Positions 62,397 to 64,000 of a stretch of DNA of 64,000 nucleotides are shown here, piece after piece (position 1 is the stretch's first letter; every line of letters starts with the position of its first letter). Location of the stretch: NCBI GenBank assembly GCA_046595995.1, contig JBKJNB010000072.1, positions 10,786 to 74,785 on the forward strand, read 5' to 3'. This DNA is from Candidatus Kapaibacteriota bacterium. Lineage in GTDB: Bacteria; Bacteroidota; Ignavibacteria; Kapaibacteriales; Kapaibacteriaceae. A model generated the notes under the pieces. It did no database searches, had not been told where the DNA came from, and saw only the letters and a list, made by a program, of their open reading frames with translations. A program made the translations under genes and the position numbers.

Positions 62397-63941
62397 CTAG
62401 AGCGGAATATTCCCGTGTTTCTTCCACGGGTTGGTGTCGACCTTCGTACGCAATGTCTTTAATGCACGGATGAGTTCGCGGCGTGTGTCTTGCGGTTCGA
62501 TAACGTCGTCTACGTAACCACGTTCTGCTGCTTCGTACGGATTTGCAAACTGCTCGTTGTATTCGTCTTGCAATTCTTTAAGGCGTGTGCCTTTGTCCTG
62601 CGCTTTGTCAAGTTCTTTACGATAGAGAATTTCGACAGCCCCTTTCGCCCCCATCACAGCAATCTCTGCCGATGGCCACGCTACGTTGTAATCGCCTCGG
62701 ATGTGCTTCGAGCTCATAACGTCGTACGCGCCACCGTAGGCTTTGCGTGTGATAACGGTGAGTTTCGGTACGGTTGCTTCGCAGAAAGCGTACAACAGTT
62801 TGGCACCGTGACGTATGATACCACGCCACTCCTGATCGGTGCCGGGAAGGAAACCGGGCACATCTTCGAACACAACAATTGGAATGTTAAACGCATCGCA
62901 GAATCGAACAAAGCGTGCCGCCTTTATCGAGCTGTTGATATCGAGCACACCAGCAAGCGATGCTGGTTGATTCGCGACAATGCCAACGGACATTCCGTCT
63001 AGCGTTGCAAAGCCAACGACAATGTTTGTTGCGTAACCGGCGTGCACCTCGAAGAAGTCGGCTTCATCAACAACATGTCTAATGACTTCCTTCATGTCGT
63101 ACGGCTGATTCGGGTTTGCGGGTATGATGCTTCGAAGCTCATCGACTATGCGCTCTGGGTTGTCTGTGGTAGGGCGCAGAGGGGGCTTCTCTCTGTTGTT
63201 CAGTGGCAAGTACGACGTGAGTTTGCGTACCGCAAGCAAACACTCGACCTCGTTGTCCATGGCGAAATGCGACACACCACTGCGCTCAGAATGTGTGTCT
63301 GCACCACCGAGTTCTTCGAGCGTTACTACTTCGTGAGTAACTGTTTTTACGACTTCCGGACCAGTTACGAACATGTACGATGTGCCCTTCGTCATAAAGA
63401 CGAAGTCTGTAAGTGCGGGTGAATACACGGCACCACCGGCACACGGACCCAGCACGACGCTTATCTGAGGTATGACACCACTAGCCAACGTGTTGCGCAG
63501 AAAGATGTCGGCATAGCCCCCTAGTGAAACAACCCCTTCCTGAATGCGAGCTCCACCAGAGTCATTAAGTCCAATTACGGGCGCGCCAATCTTCATCGCG
63601 AGATCCATGATCTTTACAATCTTCTCTGCATGCACTTCACTCAGCGATCCGCCAAAGACCGTGAAATCCTGCGAGAACACACACACGGTACGTCCGTCTA
63701 TCGTGCCCGTACCCGTGACAACGCCATCGCCTAGCGGACGTTGTTTTTCCATGCCGAAGTTGGTGGACCTATGCCGCGCTAACATGTCCGTTTCTCGGAA
63801 CGAACCTTCATCGAGCAGCACCGCCAGGCGCTCACGCGCTGTCAGCTTCCCCTTTGCATGCTGCGCGTCGATGCGCGCCTTGCCGCCGCCTAGCAATGCT
63901 TCGGCCTTCATAGCGCGTTGATGTTCTATAGGTTGTTTCAA
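62397..63941 (-). CDS. pccB: Acyl-CoA (propionyl/methylmalonyl-CoA) carboxylase, carboxyltransferase beta subunit
   Basis: [50 protein letters not shown] and KHGNIPL motifs; TATTTTCG upstream at 63984-63991. Confidence 0.92.
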   Translation of the reverse strand: MKQPIEHQRAMKAEALLGGGKARIDAQHAKGKLTARERLAVLLDEGSFRETDMLARHRSTNFGMEKQRPLGDGVVTGTGTIDGRTVCVFSQDFTVFGGSLSEVHAEKIVKIMDLAMKIGAPVIGLNDSGGARIQEGVVSLGGYADIFLRNTLASGVIPQISVVLGPCAGGAVYSPALTDFVFMTKGTSYMFVTGPEVVKTVTHEVVTLEELGGADTHSERSGVSHFAMDNEVECLLAVRKLTSYLPLNNREKPPLRPTTDNPERIVDELRSIIPANPNQPYDMKEVIRHVVDEADFFEVHAGYATNIVVGFATLDGMSVGIVANQPASLAGVLDINSSIKAARFVRFCDAFNIPIVVFEDVPGFLPGTDQEWRGIIRHGAKLLYAFCEATVPKLTVITRKAYGGAYDVMSSKHIRGDYNVAWPSAEIAVMGAKGAVEILYRKELDKAQDKGTRLKELQDEYNEQFANPYEAAERGYVDDVIEPQDTRRELIRALKTLRTKVDTNPWKKHGNIPL

Positions 63942-64000
63942 GCTGTCTCCCGTTGTTGCAAGCTGACCACATGGCGTCGGCAGCGAAAATAGGCAGTAAT

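Overview
Gene-dense chromosomal segment (about 50 CDS, GC roughly mid-50s % by eye) from an FCB-group bacterium, most plausibly Candidatus Kapabacteria or another Ignavibacteria-like lineage. This is an inference from five T9SS-type C-terminal sorting domains, ASH/cohesin/IgGFc-binding cargo, a PorE-like lipoprotein, split secD/secF and Bacteroidota-like TAnnTTYG promoters. Housekeeping genes: ppx (partial), purA, secD, secF, trmB, aat, a class A PBP, kmo, ldcA, a CtpA-like protease, tal, ccmB, prfA and a pccB-like carboxyltransferase, plus the conserved RDD/SpoIIM/DUF4129/DUF4350/MoxR/DUF58 cluster. I saw no rRNA, tRNA, CRISPR array, integrase or transposase. Most notable observations: (1) a TonB-dependent receptor paired not with SusD but with a T9SS-tagged protein carrying two copies of an acidic beta-helix-like domain, behind a four-repeat 11-bp-periodic Pho-box-like array, in a window rich in phosphorus-scavenging enzymes; (2) a 31-bp inverted self-copy insertion (template-switch signature) that frameshifts an IgGFc-binding/beta-barrel gene; (3) a recurrent TAnnTT(T/C)G element, often only 2-6 nt before start codons, suggesting leaderless transcription; (4) two small ORFs missing from the ORF track; (5) several short tandem duplications. 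All product calls come from motif recognition by eye, not database searches.
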